A DNA stretch of 64,000 nucleotides. Origin: Eledone cirrhosa. Taxonomy: Eukaryota. How positions within the stretch are numbered: position 1 is the first letter of the stretch; every line of letters begins with the position of its first letter. The stretch lies in assembly GCA_964016885.1 (NCBI GenBank), contig OZ024741.1:212474001-212538000 (forward strand). Direction: 5' to 3'. Of this stretch, positions 1 to 11,102 are shown in pieces. A program made the translations under genes and the position numbers. The notes under the pieces are model-generated. The model was given only the letters and a program-made list of their open reading frames with translations, had not been told where the DNA came from and searched no databases.

Positions 1-89
1 ATTCGTTTGTAAACAAACTGAACAGCCTGAATTTATGCCATACGGTGTTAAGGCAACCACGTCACCTTTTTGTTCAACACTGACACAGG

Positions 90-134
90 AACGATATACT
101 AGTTTCAAGCTTGTTAGCTATCATCAGCACCGTT
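90..134 (-). ncRNA. Minimal type I hammerhead ribozyme, family A copy 1
   Basis: Minus strand AACGGTG-CTGATGA-T AGC TAACAA GCT T-GAAA-C TA G-TA-TATCGTT: stem I (two G-U pairs), CUGAUGA/GAAA core, palindromic stem III, GUA cleavage triplet. Confidence 0.8.
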
Positions 135-560
135 TACCCATCTGCCAGATAGTTGAACGTTCGAAAGTATATACTTTCCTTATGAAAATTAACGGCTGAG
201 CAGCCTAATTTGCATATTGAGTGAGTTAAATCGGTCAGGCATACCGAAAACGATAAATTGAACAAAATGAAAACGAAATTTCATTTCTCACTCTTAGTAT
301 GGCACTTACTTAAATGTAAGTATGCATGTATACGTACATACATATATGTATACAGACGTACAGTAGCATGCACATATATATATATATATACATATATATA
401 TACATATGCATACAGGTACACATACATATATGCACGTATCAGTTTAGCGGCGCTTATTATAACGTCGCTTTGTTCGTTTGTAAACAAACTGAACAGCCTG
501 AATTTATGCCATACGGTGTTAAGGCAACCACGTCACCTTTTTGTTCAACACTGACACAGG

Positions 561-605
561 AACGATGTACTAGTTTCAAGCTTGTTAGCTATCATCAGCA
601 CCGTT
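561..605 (-). ncRNA. Minimal type I hammerhead ribozyme, family A copy 2
   Basis: Minus strand AACGGTG CTGATGA TAGCTAACAAGCTT GAAA CTAG TA CATCGTT; 7-bp stem I, intact core, GUA site. Confidence 0.85.
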
Positions 606-1032
606 TACCCATCTGCCAGATAGTTGAACGTTCGAAAGTATATACTTTCCTTATGAAAATTAACGGCTGAGCAGCCTAATTTGCATATTGAGTGAGTTAA
701 ATCGGTCAGGCATACCGAAAACGATAAATTGAAACAAAATGAAAACGAAATTTCATTTCTCACTCTTAGTATGGCACTTACTTAAATGTAAGTATGCATG
801 TATACGTACATACATATATGTATACAGACGTACAGTAGCATGCACATATATATATATATATACATATATATATACATATGCATACAGGTACACATACATA
901 TATGCACGTATCAGTTTAGCGGCGCTTATTATAACGTCGCTTTGTTCGTTTGTAAACAAACTGAACAGCCTGAATTTATGCCATACGGTGTTAAGGCAAC
1001 CACGTCACCTTTTTGTTCAACACTGACACAGG

Positions 1033-1077
1033 AACGATGTACTAGTTTCAAGCTTGTTAGCTATCATCAGCACCGTT
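1033..1077 (-). ncRNA. Minimal type I hammerhead ribozyme, family A copy 3
   Basis: Same sequence as copy 2. Confidence 0.85.
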
Positions 1078-1139
1078 TACCCATCTGCCAGATAGTTGAA
1101 CGTTCGAAAGTATATACTTTCCATATGAAAATTAACGGC

Positions 1140-1462
1140 TGAAACTAGTACATCGTTCCTGTGTCAGTGTTGAACAAAAAGGTGACGTGGTTGCCTTAAC
1201 ACCGTATGGCATAAATTCAGGCTGTTCAGTTTGTTTACAAACGAACAAAGCGACGTTATAATAAGCGCCGCTAAACTGATACGTGCATATATGTATGTGT
1301 ACCTGTATGCATATGTATATATATATGTATATATATATATATATATGTGCATGCTACTGTACGTCTGTATACATATATGTATGTACGTATACATGCATAC
1401 TTACATTTAAGTAAGTGCCATACTAAGAGTGAGAAATGAAATTTCGTTTTCATTTTGTTTCA
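1140..1462 (+). repeat. Inverted partial copy of the family A monomer (fold-back)
   Basis: Reverse complement of ~730-1050; begins TGAAACTAGTACATCGTT (3' half of the ribozyme) and ends in a (TA/CA)n microsatellite. Confidence 0.93.
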
Positions 1463-1603
1463 TATATATACATATACAAATATATATATATATATACATA
1501 TGTATATATATATATATATACATACATATATATACATATATATATATACATATATATATGTATATACATATATATATATGTATATACAGATATATGTATA
1601 TAC

Positions 1604-1636
<33 letters not shown>

Positions 1637-1821
1637 CATATATATACATATATATATATATACATATATATATTGCGGCTCTGTATAACAATTGATGTTA
1701 TTACATTGAGGTATTTATCTTACTGGTAATAAGGTAGTAATAAATTACTGACCTTACCTGTTTATGGTTGTGTATAATACATAACTATAGATAGTTTCCT
1801 TAATATTATATATATATATAC

Positions 1822-1852
<31 letters not shown>

Positions 1853-1944
1853 CATAAATATATATATATACATACATACATATATATATATATAGAATTA
1901 GGAAACGCGAAGTAGTTTCAGATGTTCAAGTCCTTTAATAATAA

Positions 1945-2133
1945 TTTGTTTCTACATTTGGCACAAGGCCAGCAAATACCCAGTACATTACTGGTACTTT
2001 ATTTTATCGACCCCGTAAGGATGAAAGGCAAAGTTAACCTCGGCGGGATTTGAACTCAGAATGGCAAATGCCGTAACTCTATGCGTCAAAGCATGGCGTC
2101 CGACCTTCTACCGATACTGCCAATTCACCGCCC
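1945..2133 (-). mobile_element. tRNA-derived SINE (dominant family, SINE-A)
   Basis: A-box-like TGGCAGTATCGG, B box GAGTTCAAATCC, central GCCTTTCATCCTTACGGGGTCGATAAA (Meta-domain-like, from memory), AGAAACAA-ATT tail, TSD CCTTTAATAATAAT. Confidence 0.85.
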
Positions 2134-2145
2134 TTTAATAATAAT

Positions 2146-2219
2146 GCTGTGATATATATTTCAATGACGACACTGGCCACACTCTTCTGTGTGCGAGTGT
2201 CGTGCCATCATCAGACAGC
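2146..2219 (-). ncRNA. Type I hammerhead ribozyme with extended stem II
   Basis: Minus strand GCTGT-CTGATGA-TGGC ACGACACT CG CACAC AGAAGA GTGTG GCC AGTGTCGT CATT-GAAA-TATATA-TC-ACAGC; perfect 5-bp stem I, AUC site. Confidence 0.72.
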
Positions 2220-2245
2220 TTGTTACATAATAAGGTTATGTTTCT

Positions 2246-2451
2246 GAGGCAATCCAAATTGAATCGACATGGGAACGGATGAAGTTCGTGCTTTTGGGTT
2301 TTTCATCCGTTCCCTTGTGAGTACCAATTCACCCCCACCGGTCTGCGCTTGCGCAGGGGTCCTATTCGTTCCTATTCCCCACTCTACTACCCTAAGTACT
2401 GAGTACTTTGGTGCGTTATGGTCCATCTGGTTCCTTACCACATTTCCTTCG

Positions 2452-2455
<4 letters not shown>
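2246..2455 (+). mobile_element. Short (TA)n-terminated repeat, probable Penelope-like 3' tail; other copies at 3462-3651 and 51597-51731
   Basis: Shared ~85 bp CCCACTCTACTACC..TGAGTACTTTGGTGCGTTATGGTCCA..CCTTACCACATTTCCTTCGTT immediately followed by (TA)n in all three copies. Confidence 0.7.
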
Positions 2456-2541
<86 letters not shown>

Positions 2542-3206
2542 GTTTTCATTGTCATATAATAATCATTCTAACTTTGTTTGCCTCGATGTGTTGGTTTGTA
2601 GATTAACTATAGTTACTTTGAATTATATCTCACCTGTAGTACTGACTTCAGTTTTTAAATTTGATTTAGTAATTTGTTTCTTTGCTTTAGTAATTTACTT
2701 CAGTTTTGAGTTGCTTTGAGTTACTTGCAATTTGATATAGTATCTCAAAAGAAAAAAACTTGTTTGAACAAATATATTTATCGAGACAGAGCTAGACAAA
2801 AATGAAGTAGAAATAAGAATTCTTAAAAACTTATCATAGACAAAATGTTTTTTGTTAAGTGTTGTAATCATCTTATATTGTTAGAGGCTCTGTGTTTACC
2901 AGGTTACTATGGTAACGGAACTGCTCTGTGTTTTTTGTCTCAGTTGTCTCCAATATCACCTAGTGTGGTATGCTGTAGAAAAAATAAATAAAAAGAAAAT
3001 ATATATATATATATATTGTGAATCAATACTTGAAATATTTCGATGTCTGATTTTTTATTTGCTGTCCTCATACTCTTGATGTATTTTATCAACTGGGACG
3101 TACTTCTATCCTGTAAACACAATCTCCGATTTGGATACACTTCATCCTCCTCGTATAATGACACTGCAAATGTACATTTAGTCAGGCGTAGTGAATATAT
3201 ATATAC

Positions 3207-3442
3207 TTAGTGAAGGCGCGTAGATGAGTGCTTAGAGAATTGGATTCGGAATCGTGAGTTTGTGAGTTCGATTCCTGGACCGGGTGATTCGTTATGTCCT
3301 TCAGCAAGACACTTTATTTCACGTTGCTCCTTATTCCTGGACTTGCGACCGGTAGATAGTATTAGTAATTGGAAAGACCAATGGAAACATTGTTTCCTCG
3401 GTCCGATTTGACGAGATTTGGGATCTTGTCGATTGACTATCA
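3207..3442 (+). mobile_element. tRNA-derived CORE-like SINE; related copies at ~3725-4010 (+), ~15680-15925 (-), ~17860-18000 (-)
   Basis: B box GAGTTCGATTCC followed by TGTCCTTCAGCAAGACACTTTATTTCACGTTGCTCC (CORE-like). Confidence 0.65.
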
Positions 3443-3649
3443 ATATATATATATATATAGGACAATGTATGACCCCGACGGCAAAGCTCAAGCCGTTTCC
3501 ACGGCTATTTCTGAGTCCAGAAATAGCCCTAAAACTTCTTGAGCTCTGCCGACTGGGTCATACATATTCCTCTTACCCACTCTACTACCCTAAGTATTGA
3601 GTACTCTGGTGCGTTATGGTCCATCTGGTTCCTTACCACAACTCTTTCG

Positions 3650-3709
<60 letters not shown>

Positions 3710-4040
3710 ATCTGTGTGTGTGTGTGTTGGCGTATGGTTTATAGGTTAGAATGACGAACTTACAATGTGTTGTGTCCTTCAGCAAGACACTTTATTTCAC
3801 GCTGCTCCAGTTCACTCAACTGTAGAAATAAGATGCGATTTCTCTGGTGCCAAGCTGTAGCGCTCATTGCCTTTCCTTTGGCCAATATAAATGGCGTGCA
3901 GAGGGGGGGGGGGGGGGGCTTTTATATGGGTAATTGCTGCTCTTCCACAAAAACACGTGGCCCAGTGCATATCCGTTGGGCATTCGTGACCGAAAGAGGT
4001 CTTTATACTTTAGCCTTACACACACACACATACACACATA

Positions 4041-4083
<43 letters not shown>

Positions 4084-4166
4084 ATATATATATATATAAT
4101 AGAAAAAACGAGGGAGTTTCGTTTCGATATGAAAAATATTTATTGCGTATCGACCTGTTACTTAAA

Positions 4167-4272
<106 letters not shown>

Positions 4273-4273
4273 G

Positions 4274-4306
<33 letters not shown>

Positions 4307-4335
4307 ACACACACATATATATATAGAGAGAGAGT

Positions 4336-4379
<44 letters not shown>

Positions 4380-4699
4380 GAGAAATGCGTGTGTTTTTAT
4401 GACAGAAACGTATGCAAGAATCGAATCACAGATTTGTTTAGGACGAGACAACAACATATACAACCCCATTATGCATTTGACCTTTCGACAGATGCGTAGT
4501 TCGATTCCCGAGAATATGTGTATTATTTAAGTTTAAATTTATCATATAAACTGTAACTATATATATAATATAATGGATCCTCGCTCAACAGCAATGCCCA
4601 TCTTTCTCTCTTTTCGCATCTCTCCAATCTCTCTATCCACCCCATATCTCTCTCTCTGTTTATAGTTACATGGTTGCCTAGTTCTTTGAAAACATTTCC

Positions 4700-5084
4700 A
4701 TGTGTATAGTAAAAGACGCACATGTCATGACGGAAAATCTTTTGGGGGAGAAAATTGGCATGAACCATCTTGAGATGCTTTGTGACGCATCTACTCGATG
4801 AATCGGCCGTTAGCAACGATGACTGATTTGTTACAAGGACTGAAACGTTGCCATGTCTGAATCAAAACATGTTTTTTGTACTTTTGAGATTGAGCTACTT
4901 CTGATTTCAGATGTTTTAAAATGTCATGGCGACGTTGGTCGACTTCCCTCGCAACTAAGCTCCATACGTAGTAGTCCAATGGCTTCAGGTCTGGAGAGCT
5001 AGGGGGACGTAAATTTTGGATGACATGACTGTGGGGATTGTAACACATCCATTCGTGGGTTATTCTGGCCTTATTAGACAGCAC
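4700..5084 (-). pseudogene. Tc1/mariner-superfamily transposase C-terminal fragment
   Basis: PPSSPDLKPLDYYVW motif (third catalytic D region) and C-terminal VIVANGRFIE*. Confidence 0.8.
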
Positions 5085-5664
5085 ATTATCTTATTGATAG
5101 GTTCGCGGTTTTCATTTTCTTACGCTTTCTATCCAAGGCCTCTCAACCCTCTCCAACACCTTTCAAATTTTAGTGTTCCGATAGTGTTAGGACAATTGGT
5201 AGCAGTTTCAAACTTTTCTACTGCTCTAGATTCCCCGTTGGTGGCTTCCACATCTATGCGAACTTCAACAAACGACCGTGCAAGTTTGCAAGTTTCGGGG
5301 AGCTAGCAATCTGTAAATCACTATGCTTTTACATATGCTGCGTTAGCTTGACATATGGCCCCATTTATTTATAACCAGAATATATCATAAAAAGGTTAGG
5401 GCTATTAAAGCACGAGTTCTTAAAAACTGATATAGAAATATTTGGCGTAGCTTCACCTCCATGTTAGTTTAGCCGTAAAAAAGAAAAAAGACCAGCTAGA
5501 AATATTGTACGACGATACCCTAAAATATTGTAATAGTCATCTGAATACGTGAAACGAAAGCTAAAATGGTTTCTGTGAACAGTGCAAGATAAGAATTCTC
5601 TTTGAGAGAGACTACCTAGTTTGAAATTATAGATGAGCTTTGGATGGATATGTATATATATATA

Positions 5665-6450
5665 TTTCAGGCATGACTGGCCGTCGTCAGGACGGCCCCT
5701 CCCACCGCTTGCTACTGCTGGACTTGAGAACAGCCGAGAACATAGTTTTCTCGTCGTGCAAATTAGGTGATTAATCGCATTTGCATATGAAGCTGCATAA
5801 GTTGGCTCAACTTATTATAGAAAAGAAATAAGATTTCGCTTCAAGCATAGCTTTATACAATATGTATAGACATTTTGTATTTCCAAAGAAATACGGTTTT
5901 AGGAAGCCGTAGCTATGCAAACACCGGGGTGCTAACGCTCTCTGGTGATGTCGTGCAGATTAATGTCATTTGCATTTGAAGCTGCTTCTGCTCGACACCA
6001 CCACAGGGCGTTAGCCCCCCCCCCCCCCGTGTTTGCACAGCTCCGGCTTGCTAAATCGTATTTCTTTAGAAATACGAAATTTCTATACATATTGTATAAA
6101 GCTATGCTTGAAGGGAAATCTTATTTCTTTTCTATTATAAGTTGAGCCAACTTATGCAGCTTCATATGCAAATGAGATTAATCACCTTATTTACACAGAC
6201 GAGAAAACTATATATTCTCGACTGTTTTCAAGTCAGCAGTCACAAGCGGTTGGAGGGATCGTCCTGACGAAGGCCAGTGAAGCCTGAAATGCATAGATGG
6301 TTGTACCCCTTTCTTCTGCTGGACATCACCAGAGGGCGTAACCCCCCCCCCCGTGTTTGCATAGCTACGGCTTCCTAAAACTGTATTTCTTTAGGAATAC
6401 GAAATGTCTATACATATTGTATAAAGCTATGCTTGAAGCAAAATCTTATT

Positions 6451-6454
<4 letters not shown>
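5665..6454. repeat. Family B hammerhead monomer (~328 bp): one inverted copy (5665-5953, -) and ~1.4 tandem copies (5985-6454, +)
   Basis: 5665-5953 is the reverse complement of ~5993-6290; CTTCTGCT(C/G)GACA recurs at 5985 and 6313; flanked by (TA)n and (CT)n(TA)n. Confidence 0.9.
6253..6310 (+). ncRNA. Minimal type I hammerhead ribozyme, family B
   Basis: ATCGTC-CTGACGA-AGGC CAGTGAA GCCT-GAAA-TGCA-TA-GATGGT; 6-bp stem I (plus distal AGGG/CCCT), 4-bp stem II, palindromic ATGCAT stem III, AUA site. Confidence 0.85.
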
Positions 6455-6535
<81 letters not shown>

Positions 6536-6539
6536 TTTT

Positions 6540-6578
<39 letters not shown>

Positions 6579-7916
6579 TTTTACACACACACATATATAT
6601 ATATATTTGAAGAGGTCACTTGTAGAACTTAAGCGAATAATGATAATAACAAATAATATAATTTTTAGTCATAAGAATACAGAATATATAAGAAGATTAA
6701 TATAAAGATACGAGTAAAGCAATAATAATAATAGTAATAATAATGATAATAATATATTGGTAATAGTAATACTATATGAATTCAATATATATTGCAGTAA
6801 GAATATGACATCAACAATCCCACCAATAATAATAATAAAAGTAATAATATCAACAACAACAACTGTTGCGTAGAATTGAGGAAACAGCTAGAACTAAACA
6901 TGGTAGATATTGTAGAATCGTCTTTGGATCGCATAAAACAGTTCTTTAAACAGCAGGATGTCAAGTTCCAGACCAAAATGTCACAGTCCACTACAGCCAA
7001 TTCTTATGAATATATTGTGAAATGTCAAAGATCTTTTCGTTAAAATATCACAATGAAGAATTCCAATATTTTTTTTCTTTTCAGGAAAAGAAACTATATG
7101 AGAATTCTTTATCTGATTTGAGAAATATAAAGAATACGAAAACAACCACAAAAACAACAACGACAACGACAGTTACAATAGAGCAAATAGAAAAATAAAA
7201 ACCCACTACCACTACCTCCATCACAACAATAACAACAACAACAACGGCAAATTAACAACGACAAGAATAACAGCAGCAGCAGCAAATAAGCAGCAAAAAA
7301 ACAACATCAGCAACAAGAACAAGAACAAGAACAACAGCAGCAAATAGGAAAATTCAACAACAGCAACGAAAATATGAAAAAAAAAATACAATTTATCTTG
7401 AGACAGACAAAAGAAGATCTTTGAAAATTACAACACGATTTTTGTTTTGTAAAAAAATATATTAAAACCGATTTACAAAAAGAAAGAAAGAAATAGACTT
7501 TCGAAATATTACAATTTTGTTTATTCCTAATAACCCTGTGAAATATTATGAAGAATCTATAAAAATAATAATAAAACAATTGTAATATATATGTGTGTGT
7601 CTTCCTTTTGTTTACAGCTTGAATTCTCATAAAGAAGCTGATATTTTTTAAGCAAATAAAATATAATATGTTTTATTTCAAATATGATAATGATGAAAGG
7701 AAAAGAATTGAAGGAGGAGGGGGGATTGGCAAACTTCACTCTTGATTGGTCTTCATATCCCAGGCGTACTGTGCTGACAAGATGGCGAAGGCATTGTTGC
7801 GGAGAACAATCAGCGATACCTACTACATGGTTGTATTTGATAGACGGTTTCACAGATGTTTTAATGATAGGGGCCCCAATCTTATCAAGTTAATACCGTT
7901 GCAGCTAATACCTATA

Positions 7917-8101
7917 CAGACCTGTCAACTCTCCCCGTCCAACCAGGAGATCTCCCACTCACATTGGGGTGGGTAAGAGATGTCTTCTCGTTTGAAAGTG
8001 GGTATAGCTTTCATGTTTTGCCCCATTTCTCCCCGTTTTGGGGCACTTTTTTTTTACCGTTTGAGTTTTTAGAGGTTGGCAGGTCTGCCTCTGAAGGTCT
8101 G
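7917..8101. mobile_element. MITE with 6-bp TSD (hAT-type)
   Basis: TIR CAGACCTGTCAAC...GTTGGCAGGTCTG; TSD CCTATA at 7911 and 8102 (short duplication of the right end). Confidence 0.7.
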
Positions 8102-8784
8102 CCTATACAAGTATAGTTGTTAGCCTCATACGAGATTGTATAACATATGTTTCTCACGTATTTTAGTGATAATGGCGGTCAGTGATATCATGAAAATCGA
8201 CGTGAAATGGAATAGCTTGCTCAAGAACACGATGCTCTCCCCGTCTAGGAATTGACACCACGACCTTATGATCGTAAATCAAGCCTTAAATAACACATTT
8301 TCCATGCCAATGAATATGAATGAAAAGGGGCCTTGCCACAATATAATAAATATAATTCTCATTGGGAGGCTACATTTACTTATATAATTCTCATTGGGAG
8401 GCTTACATTTACTTCTACACCTGAAGTTTAACAGAAAATATTTGCTCAAAGTGCCACGCTGTGGGATTGAACTCGAAACCTCGTGACGAGGTTCTGAAAC
8501 GGACTGAACTTTTAGCAGTCAATGAACTCGTTTGAAGATTTTATTTTTGTCCTAATATTTGATATGTCACAATATATACTGGAAAAAATCTCTTTACATA
8601 TTGAGGAGGAGAGAAAGAAAATGGTATTTAGAGAAGATAAACAATTTATATACTTGGAGAACTGTACGTTTATTCTTCTCTCAATTCTGCGATATAATGA
8701 AAAACACGCATACACCCACACACACTCACGCACACAAAAAAACAAGCACACACACATAGAGACACACACACACACACACACACA

Positions 8785-8834
<50 letters not shown>

Positions 8835-9261
8835 GCCTTGAAGTAATACGATGGATATAATGTTGCTCTCGTGATGTTAGTTGAAGCTTGCATTTATTTC
8901 CATTGTATCCGGCTTAACAATTCTGCTCTGCAACAATGCATCTGCTAAGAAAAATATTCTTTACTCTTATCAATAAAGAACAGACAGGTAGATATGTTTA
9001 TATGTTTGCTTAGCATGAAACAAAAAGTCATAATCTCCGAGAAAAATTTCGGAGAAAAGTATCTCGGAAAATCTCTCTAGGTCTAGCTTAGAGAGAACTA
9101 CAGGCTTATATTACTTATAAGTGATGTGTAATGCGAGAAAATAGTATTATATTTTACTAAAGACAATCCTTGGTAAATTATTTACTACAGTAAAGATTAA
9201 CATGTTTATATAATACCCTGAGGCTTTGTCTCGCTATATAATAAATATAATATAATATAAT

Positions 9262-9441
9262 AGCTTCTATTTTAGGCACAAGGCCAGCAATTACCCAGTG
9301 CATTACTGGTACTTTATTTTATCGACCCCGTAAGGATGAAAGTCAACCTCGGAGGGATTTGAACTCAGATCGTAAAGGGACGTAACTATGCTGGAAAGTA
9401 TGGCGTCCGACCCTCTACCGATACTGCCAATCCACCGCCCT
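9262..9441 (-). mobile_element. SINE-A copy
   Basis: Homology to 1945-2133. Confidence 0.85.
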
Positions 9442-9444
9442 AAT

Positions 9445-9718
9445 AACAAAACAAAACAAAACAAAACAAAACAAAACAAAACAAAACAAAACAAAACAAA
9501 ACAAAACAAAATAAAATAAAATAAAATAAAATAAAATAAAATAAAATAAAATAAAATAAAATAAAATAAAATAAAATAAAATAAAATAAAATAAAATAAA
9601 ATAAAATAAGATAAAATAAAATAAAATAAAATAAAATAAAATAAAATAAAATAAAATAAAATAAAATAAAATAAAATAAAATAAAATAAAATAAAATAAA
9701 ATAAAATAAAATAAAATA
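9445..9718. repeat. (CAAAA)n-(TAAAA)n pentanucleotide microsatellite
   Basis: Read directly from sequence. Confidence 0.95.
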
Positions 9719-9721
9719 TAA

Positions 9722-9852
9722 TATAGAAAAGGCTTCTACAGGACTAGGACTGTTTCATTCGATAGAAATCAGCATATAATGTATACTCTGCTCTGTATTG
9801 AGTACCTTACTTACTGTGGTTACCCCCGATTGAATCCGGGATAAACCTATAT
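9722..9852. mobile_element. Short PLE-like insertion (inverted hammerhead fragment plus 3' tail); related to 31671-31818
   Basis: GGCTTCTACAGGACTAGGACTGTTTCATTC and CTCTGCT..ATTGAGTACCTTACTTACTGTGGTTACC both match 31671-31818 in reverse complement. Confidence 0.6.
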
Positions 9853-9855
9853 ATA

Positions 9856-9886
<31 letters not shown>

Positions 9887-10089
9887 TAGGGGAGAGAGAG
9901 ACAGCTGGAGATCGTCTTCGTTTTCATAGTTCTGCTGCCATTGTGACATGGCAAATGGTCGCAATCCTACTCCACTACCCATTGCAGATTTCGAAATCAG
10001 TTATAGTCCCTTGGTCAAGCAATTTGCCCTAGATCAGCATCATCGTTCGAATGTTATAGTAGGTGATCAGCTGCAACGCAAATATAACA

Positions 10090-10635
10090 CAGATCTGTCA
10101 AATCTTCCTGTCCGGCGGGGAGATCTCCCACCCTATTTGATATGGTGTGAGATGTCTTCTCTTGTGAAAATGGGTATAGCTTTCATTATGTAAAAGGGCG
10201 GTGAGTTCAAATCCCGCCGAGGTTAACTTTGCCTTTCATCCTTATGGGGTCAATAAAATAAAGTAGCAGTAATACACTTGGATAATTGCTGGCCTTGTGC
10301 CAAAAGTAGAAACAATTATGTAAAAGGGCGGTGTATTAGCAGTATCGGTAGAGGGTCGGACGCCAAGCTATGCAACATAGAGTTACGGCCTTTCATGATC
10401 TGAGTTCAAATCCCGCGGAGGTTAACTTTGCCTTTCCTCCCTATGGGGTCGATAAAATAAAGTACCAGTCACGCACTGGGATCGATTTAATCGACCCCTC
10501 CTCCGAATTGATGGCCTTGTGCCTATATAAGAAACCATTATGTAAAACCTCCTCATTGTGCCTCATTTCTCTCCGTTTTGGGACATTCTTTTTCATGGTA
10601 CTCCCCGTTTGAGTTTTTAGAGGGTGGCAGGTCTG
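10090..10635. mobile_element. Second copy of the 6-bp-TSD MITE, interrupted by two SINE-A copies (10196-10318, 10326-10540)
   Basis: TIRs CAGATCTGTCAAA / GGTGGCAGGTCTG; TSD ATAACA at 10084 and 10636; internal homology to 7917-8087. Confidence 0.75.
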
Positions 10636-10711
10636 ATAACACATCATATTGAACAGGGGCGTTGTGCATACCTTAAAAAATAATTATAACTATAATTATT
10701 ATAGATTGGTA

Positions 10712-11102
10712 TGGTGGATTGGCAGTATCAGTAGAGAGTCGGACACGATACTTTGCAACATAGAGTTACGCCCCTTTACAATCTGAGTTCAAATCCCGCC
10801 GAGGTTAACTTTGCCTTTCATCCTTACGGGGTCGATAAAATAAAGTACCAGTAATGCACTTGGGTAGTTGCTGGCCTTGTGCCAAAATAGAAACGATTAT
10901 TATAGATTGGTAGAAGAGTTAGGGCACTGGACTACATGATTTGCGCTATGTAGTTACAAACATTTACGTACTACGTTGAAATACTACCTATTTTAGCTTT
11001 GACTTCCATGTTTATGGTGTCGATAAAATATTGCGGTCGATTTAATCGACTTTCCCGCTTACCTTTAAATTGCAAGCCTTGTTCCAAATGTAGAAACAAT
11101 TA
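10712..11102 (+). mobile_element. Two SINE-A copies in tandem
   Basis: Family homology; TSD ATTATTATAGATTGGTA around the first copy. Confidence 0.8.

Larger units (their letters stand above)
1..1140 (-). repeat. Tandem array (~2.4 copies visible, runs off window start) of a 471-472 bp non-coding monomer, each with a hammerhead ribozyme (family A)
   Basis: Near-identical units; marker AACGAT(A/G)TACTAGTTTC at 90, 561 and 1033 (period 471/472). Confidence 0.95.

Noticed and set aside
258-1729. YI/IY-rich ORFs here and throughout the window (also HT, CV, ER, LS runs)
   Set aside because: Translations of (TA)n, (CA)n and (GA)n microsatellites; not genes.
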